DNA of 64,000 bases from a virus: the IMG/VR virus record IMGVR_UViG_3300045988_131144, positions 14,352 through 78,351 of that record; one strand, given 5' to 3'. The notes under the pieces were generated by a model. The model worked only from the letters and a program-made list of their open reading frames with translations, did no database searches and was not told the origin of the DNA. Both the position numbers and the translations under genes were made by a program. Shown here in pieces: positions 38,954-47,045 of this stretch (position 1 is its first letter; every line of letters starts with the position of its first letter).

Positions 38954-40905
38954 GTCGCAGCGCTCAAAAGCGGCTGGGTCAGTTGCACGGCCTCAATAAT
39001 ATATTTCGACGGATTGACCATCACTTTTTCGTACTCCTCCGCGCCCTGAAACTCGTCTATGACGGTCTTTTCCTCAGCAGACATATCTGAATAGTGCTTG
39101 CGCCCGTAGCTCGGTGGGAGCCAACTGCGCTCTCTGGCGGCATAGATATTCAGGCGGTCGATAAGCGGCGCGGCCTCCGGCTTAAACTTGATGTGACATG
39201 TGCCCTTTTTATAGAACTTCGCCGTGAACCATGTGAGGTCAACGACCGTCTCGCCCGCCGCGATAGCGTGCTTTACCCACGCGGAAACATTGCGCTTCTC
39301 TGTAGTCTCGCCTCGGTCGAGGTAATTCAGCGCTCGTTCCAGGTCACTCAGTTCTCCATAGACCGTATACGCGTTCAATTCCCTCTCGTTTTTCCAGCCG
39401 CTGGAACTGCAAAATCCGTTTATTGGGAGGATGACTTTCGTGCCGACCTTGTGGGCTTTATTCGTCGCCCAGCCGTTATAGTAGTGAATATTCTTCTGGC
39501 ACTCCGGGAACCATGAATACTGCGCGGAGAATTTTTCAAAGAGAGCGTCTATACTCTCCTTCACACCATCCACGAGCTGCGCGTTGAGGTCATAGTAGAC
39601 CTGCTGGAGGTTAAAGAGGTTGAAATCATAGCCGCAGAGCTTATCGACCATTGCGGTGTAGTCCTTCTGCATCTTCGAGGTCATACGGGATGTAAACTCC
39701 GGCTTGTTGAGCAGACCGCGCCAGTACTTCATGCGCAGGGCTTTCATGTACCGCTCTATACCAGACGTGCCAACAGTCTGGAACTCACTGCCGTTTATGT
39801 TGATGGATATAAGCGGCTTTATGTAGCTTTTAGATGCGTCCAAGTCGTCCATCATATAGGGCATAAGTGCGTTGTATTCTTCTATGAGCTTCCTGCCAAG
39901 CTGCGCTTCAAAGTCAAAGGACTGTATCATCTGCTCCGCCCAAGAGCCGTACACCATGGCATCGGGTTCTGGCTCGTTATTGTGCAGCTCTTCGGCCTGC
40001 GCTTTTTTGAGGTTTTCAAAGATAGTTGAGGTCTTGCGCTGCGCGGGAATATTCACATAGATTATGGCTGCTTCAACATCGGTTCTGCGCTGCGCGTGCT
40101 TGAATGCGTCACGGACAAACTCTATCTTTGCGCCGCTCTCCGCGAGTTTCTGCTTGAGAACTTTGCGGCGGTTGGTATACGGATTCCTTATCGTCTCGGC
40201 GTTGAGCAGACATACAATTTGACCGCCGTCAGCCTGAATCTCCAACGCTTTCAAAAGATGCTCGTCACCGTTTGAAAATGGCGGGTTCATTATGATGAGG
40301 TCATAGTGCTTATGCGAATGGAAAGTAAGGAAGTCGTCGCTTATGACTCTGTAGTTCTTCCCGCGCAGCAGGGCGATGAGGTTAGCATCATGCTCTATCA
40401 TATCCACGGAGTCCATATCAAAATCGCTTCCGTATCGGCGGCTTTTGTTGGCAAACTTTATGTACAGCTCGGCAAGATCACCTTTTCCCGCTGACGGCTC
40501 CAAGACTGTACAGATTTCGTCGGGCTCCTTTATATTTCCGAACATCTTTCCAGCAAGCGCGCTGGGTGTGGGGAAAAATTCAGCGTTCGGATCGGCAAGG
40601 TACGAAACGATGTCTGTACCGGTTTCGGGGACTTCTTTATATTTCTCGGCAATTAACTGTTTTGCCTCAAAGAGAGTGTTCGCATTCCCACAATAGCCGC
40701 CATCCACCAGACTAACGCCGTAATATATACCGCGCCTGCCGTAGTTATCACGGTACTGGTTTATCTCTCCAACTTTCCCGCGGGTCGTGTAGACCGCCCA
40801 ATGCAGCCTTCCGTTCGGCCACATCTCGCAGAAGTCACGATCATAGCCGCGAAGCTGCAAGCGCTGTTCAAAGTAAAAATGCAATGTGCTGTAATACTTC
40901 TTCAT
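38950..40905 (-). CDS. N6-adenine DNA methyltransferase (gamma-class, NPPF) with large C-terminal domain
   Basis: Motif I VLEPSAGKGDLA and motif IV IIMNPPFS; ATG at 40905 behind AGGGAGGA; no adjacent restriction endonuclease recognised. Confidence 0.75.
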   Translation of the reverse strand: MKKYYSTLHFYFEQRLQLRGYDRDFCEMWPNGRLHWAVYTTRGKVGEINQYRDNYGRRGIYYGVSLVDGGYCGNANTLFEAKQLIAEKYKEVPETGTDIVSYLADPNAEFFPTPSALAGKMFGNIKEPDEICTVLEPSAGKGDLAELYIKFANKSRRYGSDFDMDSVDMIEHDANLIALLRGKNYRVISDDFLTFHSHKHYDLIIMNPPFSNGDEHLLKALEIQADGGQIVCLLNAETIRNPYTNRRKVLKQKLAESGAKIEFVRDAFKHAQRRTDVEAAIIYVNIPAQRKTSTIFENLKKAQAEELHNNEPEPDAMVYGSWAEQMIQSFDFEAQLGRKLIEEYNALMPYMMDDLDASKSYIKPLISININGSEFQTVGTSGIERYMKALRMKYWRGLLNKPEFTSRMTSKMQKDYTAMVDKLCGYDFNLFNLQQVYYDLNAQLVDGVKESIDALFEKFSAQYSWFPECQKNIHYYNGWATNKAHKVGTKVILPINGFCSSSGWKNERELNAYTVYGELSDLERALNYLDRGETTEKRNVSAWVKHAIAAGETVVDLTWFTAKFYKKGTCHIKFKPEAAPLIDRLNIYAARERSWLPPSYGRKHYSDMSAEEKTVIDEFQGAEEYEKVMVNPSKYIIEAVQLTQPLLSAAT

Positions 40906-40933
40906 GTGTTCCTCCCTGTTTCTGTGTGGTTCC

Positions 40934-41638
40934 CTATATGCTTTTTCCAAACATGGCCGCAATTTTCTTCCTGCCCTCGACCGTCACGAGCGTCTGTGCG
41001 CCTGTTTTCTCGCCATTAACGTATTCCTTGAGGGTGAAGTAGCCTTTATTGGTCTCGGCGTAGGGCCTGAGCTGCTGTTTCTTATCCCTGTAAAGATAGC
41101 CCGCGGCGATGAGGTTTCGTATCATTTCGCGCTCCCCGATGTGCAGTTCTTTGGCGGTCTCTCGGAATGAAAGATCGTTCCCTCGGTCTATGAGCGCGTT
41201 GAAGTAACTGACCTTCGGCGCGTCTCTGCGGCTGTTCGCCAGCAAGCCCCGGAAGAGCTGCTTTGTGGCTTCGTCAGCGCCCGGAATGTAGGTGTTGATG
41301 AAAAGCTCGTCGTTAGCCACGTAGCCGCCGGTGCGTCTTATAGTCGGAATGATTTCATCAGCAACAAGCGCCTGAAACTTCTCGGCGGTTTCGTTCTTTG
41401 CTTTCATCGCGAGGCGGTAGAAGATGTTTTCGGGGATGTAATCACCCGTGGTACACTTCTGTTCCACACCCAAATCTGACAGATACCCGCGAACGCGCGT
41501 CCAGTTGACGACTTCATTTCCGCTGTCGGCTTTCTTCACAAATCCCAGCCCGCGTGCAACCGCTTCGAGGTCGAGGTATGCCGTGCCGTCTTTTTCGTAG
41601 CAGCTAACGCCGCTGATGTTCATAATTTCGTTTGACAT
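40934..41638 (-). CDS. phage antirepressor (KilAC/ANT-type C-terminal domain)
   Basis: N-terminal ...LDLEAVARGLGF...; C-terminal SFRETAKELHIGEREMIRNLIAAGYLYRDKK... Confidence 0.65.
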   Translation of the reverse strand: MSNEIMNISGVSCYEKDGTAYLDLEAVARGLGFVKKADSGNEVVNWTRVRGYLSDLGVEQKCTTGDYIPENIFYRLAMKAKNETAEKFQALVADEIIPTIRRTGGYVANDELFINTYIPGADEATKQLFRGLLANSRRDAPKVSYFNALIDRGNDLSFRETAKELHIGEREMIRNLIAAGYLYRDKKQQLRPYAETNKGYFTLKEYVNGEKTGAQTLVTVEGRKKIAAMFGKSI

Positions 41639-41676
41639 TTGCTATCTTCCTTTCTGATTCTTTGTAGTTCTTCTGA

Positions 41677-41711
41677 GGTGTTGGGATGGTAGCACCCGTG
41701 TCAAGCGCAAA
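41677..41711 (-). promoter_or_regulatory. conserved element copy A (GCGCTTGACACGGGTGCTACCATCCCAACACC)
   Basis: 34/35 identical to 58846-58880 and related to 59040-59071; ends 38 nt upstream of the antirepressor ATG. Confidence 0.5.
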
Positions 41712-41796
41712 ATCGGTGTTTCTCTCGGTTTCGATGTCAAATACGCAGATTTTTGTATTGTATTCATAATGCTTTGCCAATCTACGCGGCAAATTT

Positions 41797-41960
41797 TGTG
41801 CAGTTCTCCCCACGTAGTCGGGTAATTCTCTGTGGCTCTCCTCGACCTTGTGGGGTGATTCTGTACAGATCCCCCGACGTAGTGACCTAATGTTGTACAG
41901 CCCTCCCGGAGGACGTTTTGGGAACGTAGTGACCTGTTTCTGTGCAGTTCCCCTAACAAG
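41797..41960. repeat. iteron-like composite direct repeats
   Basis: Plus-strand TGTRCAG at 41797, 41862, 41894, 41941; ACGTAGTGACCT at 41877 and 41924, with partial ACGTAGTCG at 41812. Confidence 0.55.
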
Positions 41961-42096
41961 CTTTTGGCGGTGATATGGTGTAGAAATAGAGCAACTGAAC
42001 ATCCATATTAAATGTGGCAGCGGTGAAATCCCGCCAGTTGTCGAACTCGCCTTCGTGCAACTCGCCCTCACACAGCCATTCGGCATAAATCTTCAT
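41953..42096 (-). CDS. possible small protein (47 aa)
   Basis: Hand-translated MKIYAEWLCEGELHEGEFDNWRDFTAATFNMDVQLLYFYTISPPKAC; weak RBS. Confidence 0.3.
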   Translation of the reverse strand: MKIYAEWLCEGELHEGEFDNWRDFTAATFNMDVQLLYFYTISPPKAC

Positions 42097-42105
42097 CTCT
42101 GTGTC

Positions 42106-42528
42106 TTACATCTCCTTTATCAGTTTTATAAAGCCCTGCTGCTTGAGGTTCTTGAGCCAAATGTGTAGGAACTCGTCAAGGCTCACGCGCAGACGCTGAG
42201 AGTACATCATCTGGCCGTTAACTTCCTTGTAAACTTCGTCGTAGCTCCCGGTATAGTCATTGCGGAAAAGAACGGGTTCAATAGTCTGTTCGGTCTCATC
42301 GACCGCAAACTCGATCTCAGGATCAGCCATAAGATCGCCGTTCTGCTCGGAGTAATGCGCGATGTAGTACACGGGGCGACCTTTATAGTCCGAGAAGTAG
42401 AGGAACTCGGCGGCAAGGCGCGTGTACGGTTCATTCTCCACACTGATATGAAAGTCGTGTCGAGAAAGCGCCTCCAAGATGGGGCGCAAGTCCTGATAGT
42501 TCTGCTTTGCGTGTTTCAGTTCGGTCAT
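42106..42528 (-). CDS. hypothetical protein (resembles the DUF6908-type family of Firmicutes mobile elements)
   Basis: ATG at 42528 behind GGGAGGA; ...QNGDLMADPEIEF... motif recalled from that family. Confidence 0.45.
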   Translation of the reverse strand: MTELKHAKQNYQDLRPILEALSRHDFHISVENEPYTRLAAEFLYFSDYKGRPVYYIAHYSEQNGDLMADPEIEFAVDETEQTIEPVLFRNDYTGSYDEVYKEVNGQMMYSQRLRVSLDEFLHIWLKNLKQQGFIKLIKEM

Positions 42529-42552
42529 GTTCGTAAATCCTCCCAAGTATTT

Positions 42553-42680
42553 TGCGGGCGCGTGTTCACACAAACCCCCGCAGTTTTTCTATTGGCCGTG
42601 TTCAGGGGCGCGGAAACTTCCCAGTAAAATCCCGCGGGCGTGTTCAGCACCCCCAAGACTTCCGCGCGCCCTGTTCACAT
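42553..42680. repeat. four spaced (G/C)TGTTCA repeats in a GC-rich non-coding gap
   Basis: GTGTTCA at 42562, 42598, 42640 and CTGTTCA at 42671, with CGCGG/CCGCG stems around them. Confidence 0.45.
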
Positions 42681-42948
42681 TTCGGGACGCGGTCGCTCGC
42701 CTCTGCCCCGTTCGGTGATCCTGCCGGACACGTCCGGCGGCGGGTGCAATCTGTTTTCTTCGGGGAGGTGCACCAGCTCCCCACGGCCTTACATCAGCAC
42801 CCCGGCAGGCTGACCGCCGTTTATAGCGATGGGCGCGCGTCCTCGTATCTCTCGCCGGGTTTAATCCTGTTTTCTTGCCCATGAGCGCCCGCCATATAGG
42901 CGGCTGGACTTGCACCAGCGGCGGCGGATGCCGTCGGCCTTGCGGGCT

Positions 42949-43830
42949 TCACGCGGCGATTATGGCCGCGCGTATTTGCTCGATGATCTCATATATTTTA
43001 GTACTGCCGGTGCCGCTGTTGCGCTTGTAATAGCGCACAGAGTACCGCGGCGCACCCTCGATAATGGTAATGCTGCATTGTGCAAAGCTATTGAGGATCC
43101 AGCCGCGAGTGCGCAAGGGAATTTTCACGCCGTGCGCGTCGGCTATCTCTACCAATAAAGCGCCGTCTTTTATCAAACCGCCGCGGGTAAAAATCTCCTC
43201 GGCCTTCTTTATCTCTTGCCGGTGCTGCTCTTCCTGCTCTGCTCTTTCCTTTGCTTCCTGCTCTTCACGTTCACGGCGGGCGGCTTCTTCTCTCGCTTCT
43301 CCATCGGCGCGCAGTTTTGCGGACAGCTCCGCGCACTTGCCAAGCTCCCCGAGTACAGCCGCGCCGACGAAGTCGGCGAACGTGCCGCCGTTGTCGCGGG
43401 CGTCGGTGTAATTACGAACGCGAACGCGCAGACGATCCCGGATATAATCCGCTTGCCGTGCAGGGTCTGAGCCGTACCGAAGTATTACGGGTTCTTCCTG
43501 CGCTCGCAGCGCGTCCGTGTTTTCGGTTCTCCGCCAAACTCGCGCCCGTTCCTCCTGCGTGCCGTATAGTTCCACGCAAGCCGGGAAAAAGCCCAGAACA
43601 TCGGTAAATTTATAATCTGTCATCCGCAGCGGCACTAAATAGTTGTTGATCTCGACATAAAGAAAATACCTGTCGCGCTCATTGGCGGGGTATTGGTTTT
43701 TCTCTGTACATGTCCAAAGCTTGTACGACTCCGCGCCGTTGCTGACCTCGCGCACAAAATCCGCGCGGCAGTTTTTGCCCTCGCGGTTATACATGCCGTT
43801 AATAAAAAGGGGCTTTTTTAATGTGCTCAT
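42949..43830 (-). CDS. hypothetical protein with central Glu/Arg-rich coiled coil
   Basis: 293-aa ORF. Confidence 0.5.
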   Translation of the reverse strand: MSTLKKPLFINGMYNREGKNCRADFVREVSNGAESYKLWTCTEKNQYPANERDRYFLYVEINNYLVPLRMTDYKFTDVLGFFPACVELYGTQEERARVWRRTENTDALRAQEEPVILRYGSDPARQADYIRDRLRVRVRNYTDARDNGGTFADFVGAAVLGELGKCAELSAKLRADGEAREEAARREREEQEAKERAEQEEQHRQEIKKAEEIFTRGGLIKDGALLVEIADAHGVKIPLRTRGWILNSFAQCSITIIEGAPRYSVRYYKRNSGTGSTKIYEIIEQIRAAIIAA

Positions 43831-43927
43831 GTGGTAATACCTCCGTATTTTTTAGGCTCAAAGCCTGTAAAAACGCCTTGCAATCAAGACGCTTTTACAG
43901 ACTGCCGGGAAAAGCCCCGGCAAACTG

Positions 43928-44086
43928 TTAATAGAGATAGTACCAGACAATAAATTTTGATTCTTTGCCGTCTGCGCTGCTCCATGGGGTGTACCAGGCT
44001 TTCCGCCGCTGCTTGCGGCGCTGTTCAACGAAATTTTTTGCCTGCTCTTCCGTGTCGACAAAATGGAATGTTGATTGATGTAACAT
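43928..44086 (-). CDS. small hypothetical protein (52 aa)
   Basis: GAGGAGGA RBS; MLHQSTFHFVDTEEQAKNFVEQRRKQRRKAWYTPWSSADGKESKFIVWYYLY. Confidence 0.4.
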   Translation of the reverse strand: MLHQSTFHFVDTEEQAKNFVEQRRKQRRKAWYTPWSSADGKESKFIVWYYLY

Positions 44087-44099
44087 TGTCAAATCCTCC

Positions 44100-44453
44100 T
44101 CAAATAAAATACATAGTCCCGTCCAGCTCGACGGCGACGGCCTCTTGCTTTAGCTCGTCTCGCATGCGGACGGCAAAATTAACAACATCGTCCAGGTGTT
44201 CATCAAGTGCAGACTGCGCAGCATAGGCGAACACGGCGTTGTTATCTTCGGCAATAAGCCCGTGCGCCTCGCTCATCCAATAGCCGCGGACGGGCGTTGA
44301 CGTTGCGCCACCGAAGCACTCAGACAGCAGCGCGGCGGCCTCGGTCACGTATGCGCTTGTATCTCCTGCTGTGCTCGCGTCAACGGTTCCGGGAACGTAA
44401 ACCGTTATTTTGTGGCTGAGGCTGAAAGAGTTTTTCAAGATATTATTATTCAT
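44100..44453 (-). CDS. hypothetical protein (first gene of the leftward early operon)
   Basis: 117-aa ORF immediately downstream of the promoter at 44497-44525. Confidence 0.5.
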   Translation of the reverse strand: MNNNILKNSFSLSHKITVYVPGTVDASTAGDTSAYVTEAAALLSECFGGATSTPVRGYWMSEAHGLIAEDNNAVFAYAAQSALDEHLDDVVNFAVRMRDELKQEAVAVELDGTMYFI

Positions 44454-44496
44454 GTTCTGACCTCCTGCGCCCGTCTGGGCTTGTCTGACTGTATGT

Positions 44497-44525
44497 ATTA
44501 TACAGTACGGTTAACAGTATTGCAA
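44497..44525 (-). promoter_or_regulatory. promoter TTGCAA-N17-TATAAT with embedded GTTAAC operator half-site
   Basis: Minus strand reads TTGCAA TACTGTTAACCGTACTG TATAAT. Confidence 0.6.
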
Positions 44526-44574
44526 TATGTTATCTTGCACAAGGTTAACCGTACTTTTTTGTGCGAATTGTATA

Positions 44575-44603
44575 TTGTTAACCGTGCGCACATTGGTTAT
44601 AAT
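44575..44603 (+). promoter_or_regulatory. promoter TTGTTA-N17-TATAAT overlapping a GTTAACCG site
   Basis: TTGTTA ACCGTGCGCACATTGGT TATAAT, 20 nt upstream of the TTG start at 44624. Confidence 0.55.
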
Positions 44604-44623
44604 AAATATGGGGAGGTGATATT

Positions 44624-44857
44624 TTGCCCGTACCAAAAGGCGATAAAAAAAGCGATGCCCGCCGAGCCTCGCAAAATAAATATGATCTCAAAAATTTAGC
44701 CGTGCTTGCCTGCAAAGTGCGAAAACCCGAGGCCGAAGCGTTCCGGGCACTTTGCGAGGTGCACGGACTGACAGTCAACGCGGCCTTGTCTGACTATGTG
44801 CACAACAGTTTAGACGGGTGCGCGCTGCTGGAAAGTTTGACAACCGCGGAAAAATAA
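44624..44857 (+). CDS. RHH-like small DNA-binding protein (candidate switch regulator)
   Basis: TTG start behind GGGGAGGTGA; LAVLACKVRKPEAEAFRALCEVHGLTVNAALSDYV fits strand-helix-helix. Confidence 0.45.
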   Translation: MPVPKGDKKSDARRASQNKYDLKNLAVLACKVRKPEAEAFRALCEVHGLTVNAALSDYVHNSLDGCALLESLTTAEK

Positions 44858-44871
44858 AAGGGGGTACAATA

Positions 44872-45024
44872 ATGCCAACTGAAAAGGAAATGAAAGAAGC
44901 CCGGAAAGCTATAGCGTATGATCTGATAAACATCATAGACGAGAAGCCCGAGCAAGAAACGTATACCGCCGAAGAAATAAAGAAAATAATTAAAATCTAT
45001 GTCAGCACGGCAAATCAGGACTAA
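44872..45024 (+). CDS. small hypothetical protein (50 aa)
   Basis: ATG at 44872 behind AAGGGGG. Confidence 0.4.
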   Translation: MPTEKEMKEARKAIAYDLINIIDEKPEQETYTAEEIKKIIKIYVSTANQD

Positions 45025-45054
45025 AACCACTTAAGGATCATACAGAAAAACAAG

Positions 45055-45090
45055 AGAGCAGACCGAAAAACAACGGCCTGCTCTTTTTGT
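45055..45090 (+). terminator. rho-independent terminator
   Basis: AGAGCAGACCG aaaaacaa CGGCCTGCTCT followed by TTTTTGT. Confidence 0.55.
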
Positions 45091-45136
45091 ATGCTTTGTA
45101 CGGTTTACCGTGCTTATTTTTGTGCATTATTGCGGC

Positions 45137-45165
45137 TTGCAACACTGTTAACCGTACTGTATAAT
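45137..45165 (+). promoter_or_regulatory. promoter TTGCAA-N17-TATAAT, inverted copy of 44497-44525
   Basis: TTGCAA CACTGTTAACCGTACTG TATAAT. Confidence 0.6.
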
Positions 45166-45218
45166 AACACCCGTAAACAAGAATATCTGACAGATCAGAT
45201 ATTAACGGAGGTAAAAAA

Positions 45219-45374
45219 ATGAGAAAATATCGCGATTTAATAGAAATCGGGTTTGATACCCGCGAAGAGCTCGACCAATTTCTAAAGACGATCGAGGACG
45301 ACAACAACTTGACCGACCGGCAGTATTACAATCTACGTCACGAAGCTATCAACAAATTTTACGAGGAGGAGTAA
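45219..45374 (+). CDS. small hypothetical protein (51 aa)
   Basis: GGAGG RBS; MRKYRDLIEIGFDTREELDQFLKTIEDDNNLTDRQYYNLRHEAINKFYEEE. Confidence 0.4.
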   Translation: MRKYRDLIEIGFDTREELDQFLKTIEDDNNLTDRQYYNLRHEAINKFYEEE

Positions 45375-45377
45375 AAA

Positions 45378-46379
45378 ATGAAATATTTCGCACAGTGCAA
45401 AAACCTTGAGGAGCTCAAGAAGGAATTTAGACGGATGGCCATGCTTCACCACCCCGACCGCGGCGGCGACGTCGAGACCATGAAAGAGATCAATAACGAG
45501 TATGACATGATGTTTCCCGTGCTCAAGGCCAAGACAGCCGCGCAGAGCACCGAAACCGCCCAGAGCACCCGCAGCGAGTTTTACACCGCGAACGGCTGGA
45601 AGGGCGAACGGTACGAAGCCGGGCGCAGCCTCAAGGAGATAGCGCAGCTTGTACGCGCCTACATCAAGGAATTTTTCCCGGACTACCGTTTCAGCGTCCG
45701 CACGGCCTACGCTTCCATGTGCCAGGAACTTCACGTTGACATGAAAGAAGCTCCCGCGGAGATCTTCAAGACCTACGAGGAAATGACAGACGATGATATT
45801 TCCGAGTGTTGGCGGAAGGCCACCCGCAACAGTGTATGGACCCTCAACAGCTGGAACAAGGCCGAGGAGAAAGCCGAATTTGAAAGAATTTGGAGCAAGT
45901 ACGGCGCATTTTATAGATGCCTGACCGACAAGACCCGCGCGACGGTGAAGGCCGTTGACGAGTATGTGAACAGCTTCAATTATGACGATTGTGATAGCAT
46001 GATAGATTATTTCGACGTCAACTTTTATTACTTCGGATGCCTGCAGAGCCCCGGCGCCGTGAAAGTCGTCCCCCGCGCTCCAAGAGCCGAGAAGCGCCCC
46101 GCCAAGGCCGAGAGCGAAGCCCCGGCACCGGCACCGGCAGACAAGGCCGAGAAGCCCGAACAGATAGCCCCGGCGAAGCTCGCAGCGCTCCGCGTTGAGT
46201 TTAATACAGAGCATGACGGGATCGAGGTTTATTTTACTTCTAAGCCCTCTCAGGAAACGCGCGACGCGCTCAAGGCCGCGGGGTATCGTTGGCATAGCGT
46301 TAAAAAATGCTGGTTCGCCAAACGCACCGAGGCGCATTTACAGGCACTCAAAAGGATTGAGGACGAAGCCGCAGCGTAA
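45378..46379 (+). CDS. J-domain (DnaJ-like) protein
   Basis: N-terminal LKKEFRRMAMLHHPDRGGD with the HPD tripeptide; C-terminal GIEVYFTSKPSQETRDALKAAGYRWHSVKKCWFA motif. Confidence 0.75.
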   Translation: MKYFAQCKNLEELKKEFRRMAMLHHPDRGGDVETMKEINNEYDMMFPVLKAKTAAQSTETAQSTRSEFYTANGWKGERYEAGRSLKEIAQLVRAYIKEFFPDYRFSVRTAYASMCQELHVDMKEAPAEIFKTYEEMTDDDISECWRKATRNSVWTLNSWNKAEEKAEFERIWSKYGAFYRCLTDKTRATVKAVDEYVNSFNYDDCDSMIDYFDVNFYYFGCLQSPGAVKVVPRAPRAEKRPAKAESEAPAPAPADKAEKPEQIAPAKLAALRVEFNTEHDGIEVYFTSKPSQETRDALKAAGYRWHSVKKCWFAKRTEAHLQALKRIEDEAAA

Positions 46380-46417
46380 ACCCCGCCCCATACATCACAA
46401 TGCAATATAAAGCCCCT

Positions 46418-46447
46418 GAGACGGTCAGAAATGGCCGTCTTTTTTAT
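46418..46447 (+). terminator. rho-independent terminator
   Basis: AGACGG tcagaaatgg CCGTCT followed by TTTTTTATT. Confidence 0.6.
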
Positions 46448-46495
46448 TGCCTTTATGCAGATGTCGACCGGGGACACGATCCGCGCCCATGCCCT

Positions 46496-47045
46496 TTAAT
46501 ATATATTATTTATATTATATATATTATATCCAAGATGTAATATATACTGTGTGTATAGGTATATATTAATAACCTATGTAATATTGGAATATACAGCCGT
46601 TCCCGCCCAGAACGCCGAGCACCAGGAGCGCCCCCGCACAAGCTCACCAAATCCCGAACCAGACGCGAGGAACGCACCCAGAAGCCCACACAAGCGCCAT
46701 ATATCGCCCCCCCTATTCTTATAGACCATACCCCGCCCCAGCCGAGCACACGACGCACGACGGAGCTTTACACAGTCGTACAGCTCCCCACACCCTTTTA
46801 TATATAAATATCTAAGATATATATTATATATACTTGAGATTTATAATATATGTGTGTATATAATGTGTATATATATCTCTATAGGTATATATAAAATAAG
46901 CGCTGCCAAGAAGAGAGCGAACCGCACACAGAAAGAATATACACACACAGCCAAAGCAAGGAGCAGAGCAATACCACAAAGAAGAGAGAGAGCACCGCCA
47001 AGAGAAGCAAGGACACAGCAACACCCAACACAACATGTTGCTGAC
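46496..47045. repeat. two tandem modules, each a TA-repeat block followed by a T-poor CA/GA-rich block
   Basis: TA blocks at 46496-46595 and 46796-46898 share ...GATNTAATATATNNTGTGTGTATA...TAGGTATATAT...; T-poor blocks at 46596-46795 and 46899-47030. Confidence 0.55.
46834..46864 (+). promoter_or_regulatory. candidate promoter TTGAGA-N17/19-TATA(T/A)(A/T) in TA block 2
   Basis: TTGAGA at 46834; TATATA at 46857 or TATAAT at 46859. Confidence 0.3.

Noticed and set aside
38950-40962. Upstream ATG at 40962 for the N6-adenine MTase
   Set aside because: It would overlap the antirepressor 3' end by 29 nt and has no RBS. The ATG at 40905 is preceded by AGGGAGGA at ideal spacing.
41604-42086. ORFs 41604-42086 and 41642-41959 (minus), whose products share FALDTGATIP and GELH strings with other ORF translations
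   Set aside because: The shared peptides are translations of DNA-level repeats (conserved element A and the iterons). There is no RBS, and the region lies between the antirepressor start and the upstream gene.
45333-46337. 334-aa minus-strand ORF antisense to the J-domain gene
   Set aside because: The plus-strand frame carries a clean HPD J-domain, RBS, promoter and terminator; the minus frame is Gly/Leu/Ala/Arg junk.
46496-46898. TA-rich repeat blocks considered as a CRISPR array
   Set aside because: There is no regular repeat-spacer periodicity of 25-40 bp units, no conserved repeat with unique spacers, and no cas genes in the window.
46596-47030. A-rich, T-poor blocks considered as a diversity-generating retroelement template repeat, or a retron msr/msd
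   Set aside because: I recognise no reverse transcriptase ORF anywhere in the window, and I found no near-identical variable-repeat copy in the tail-fibre genes.
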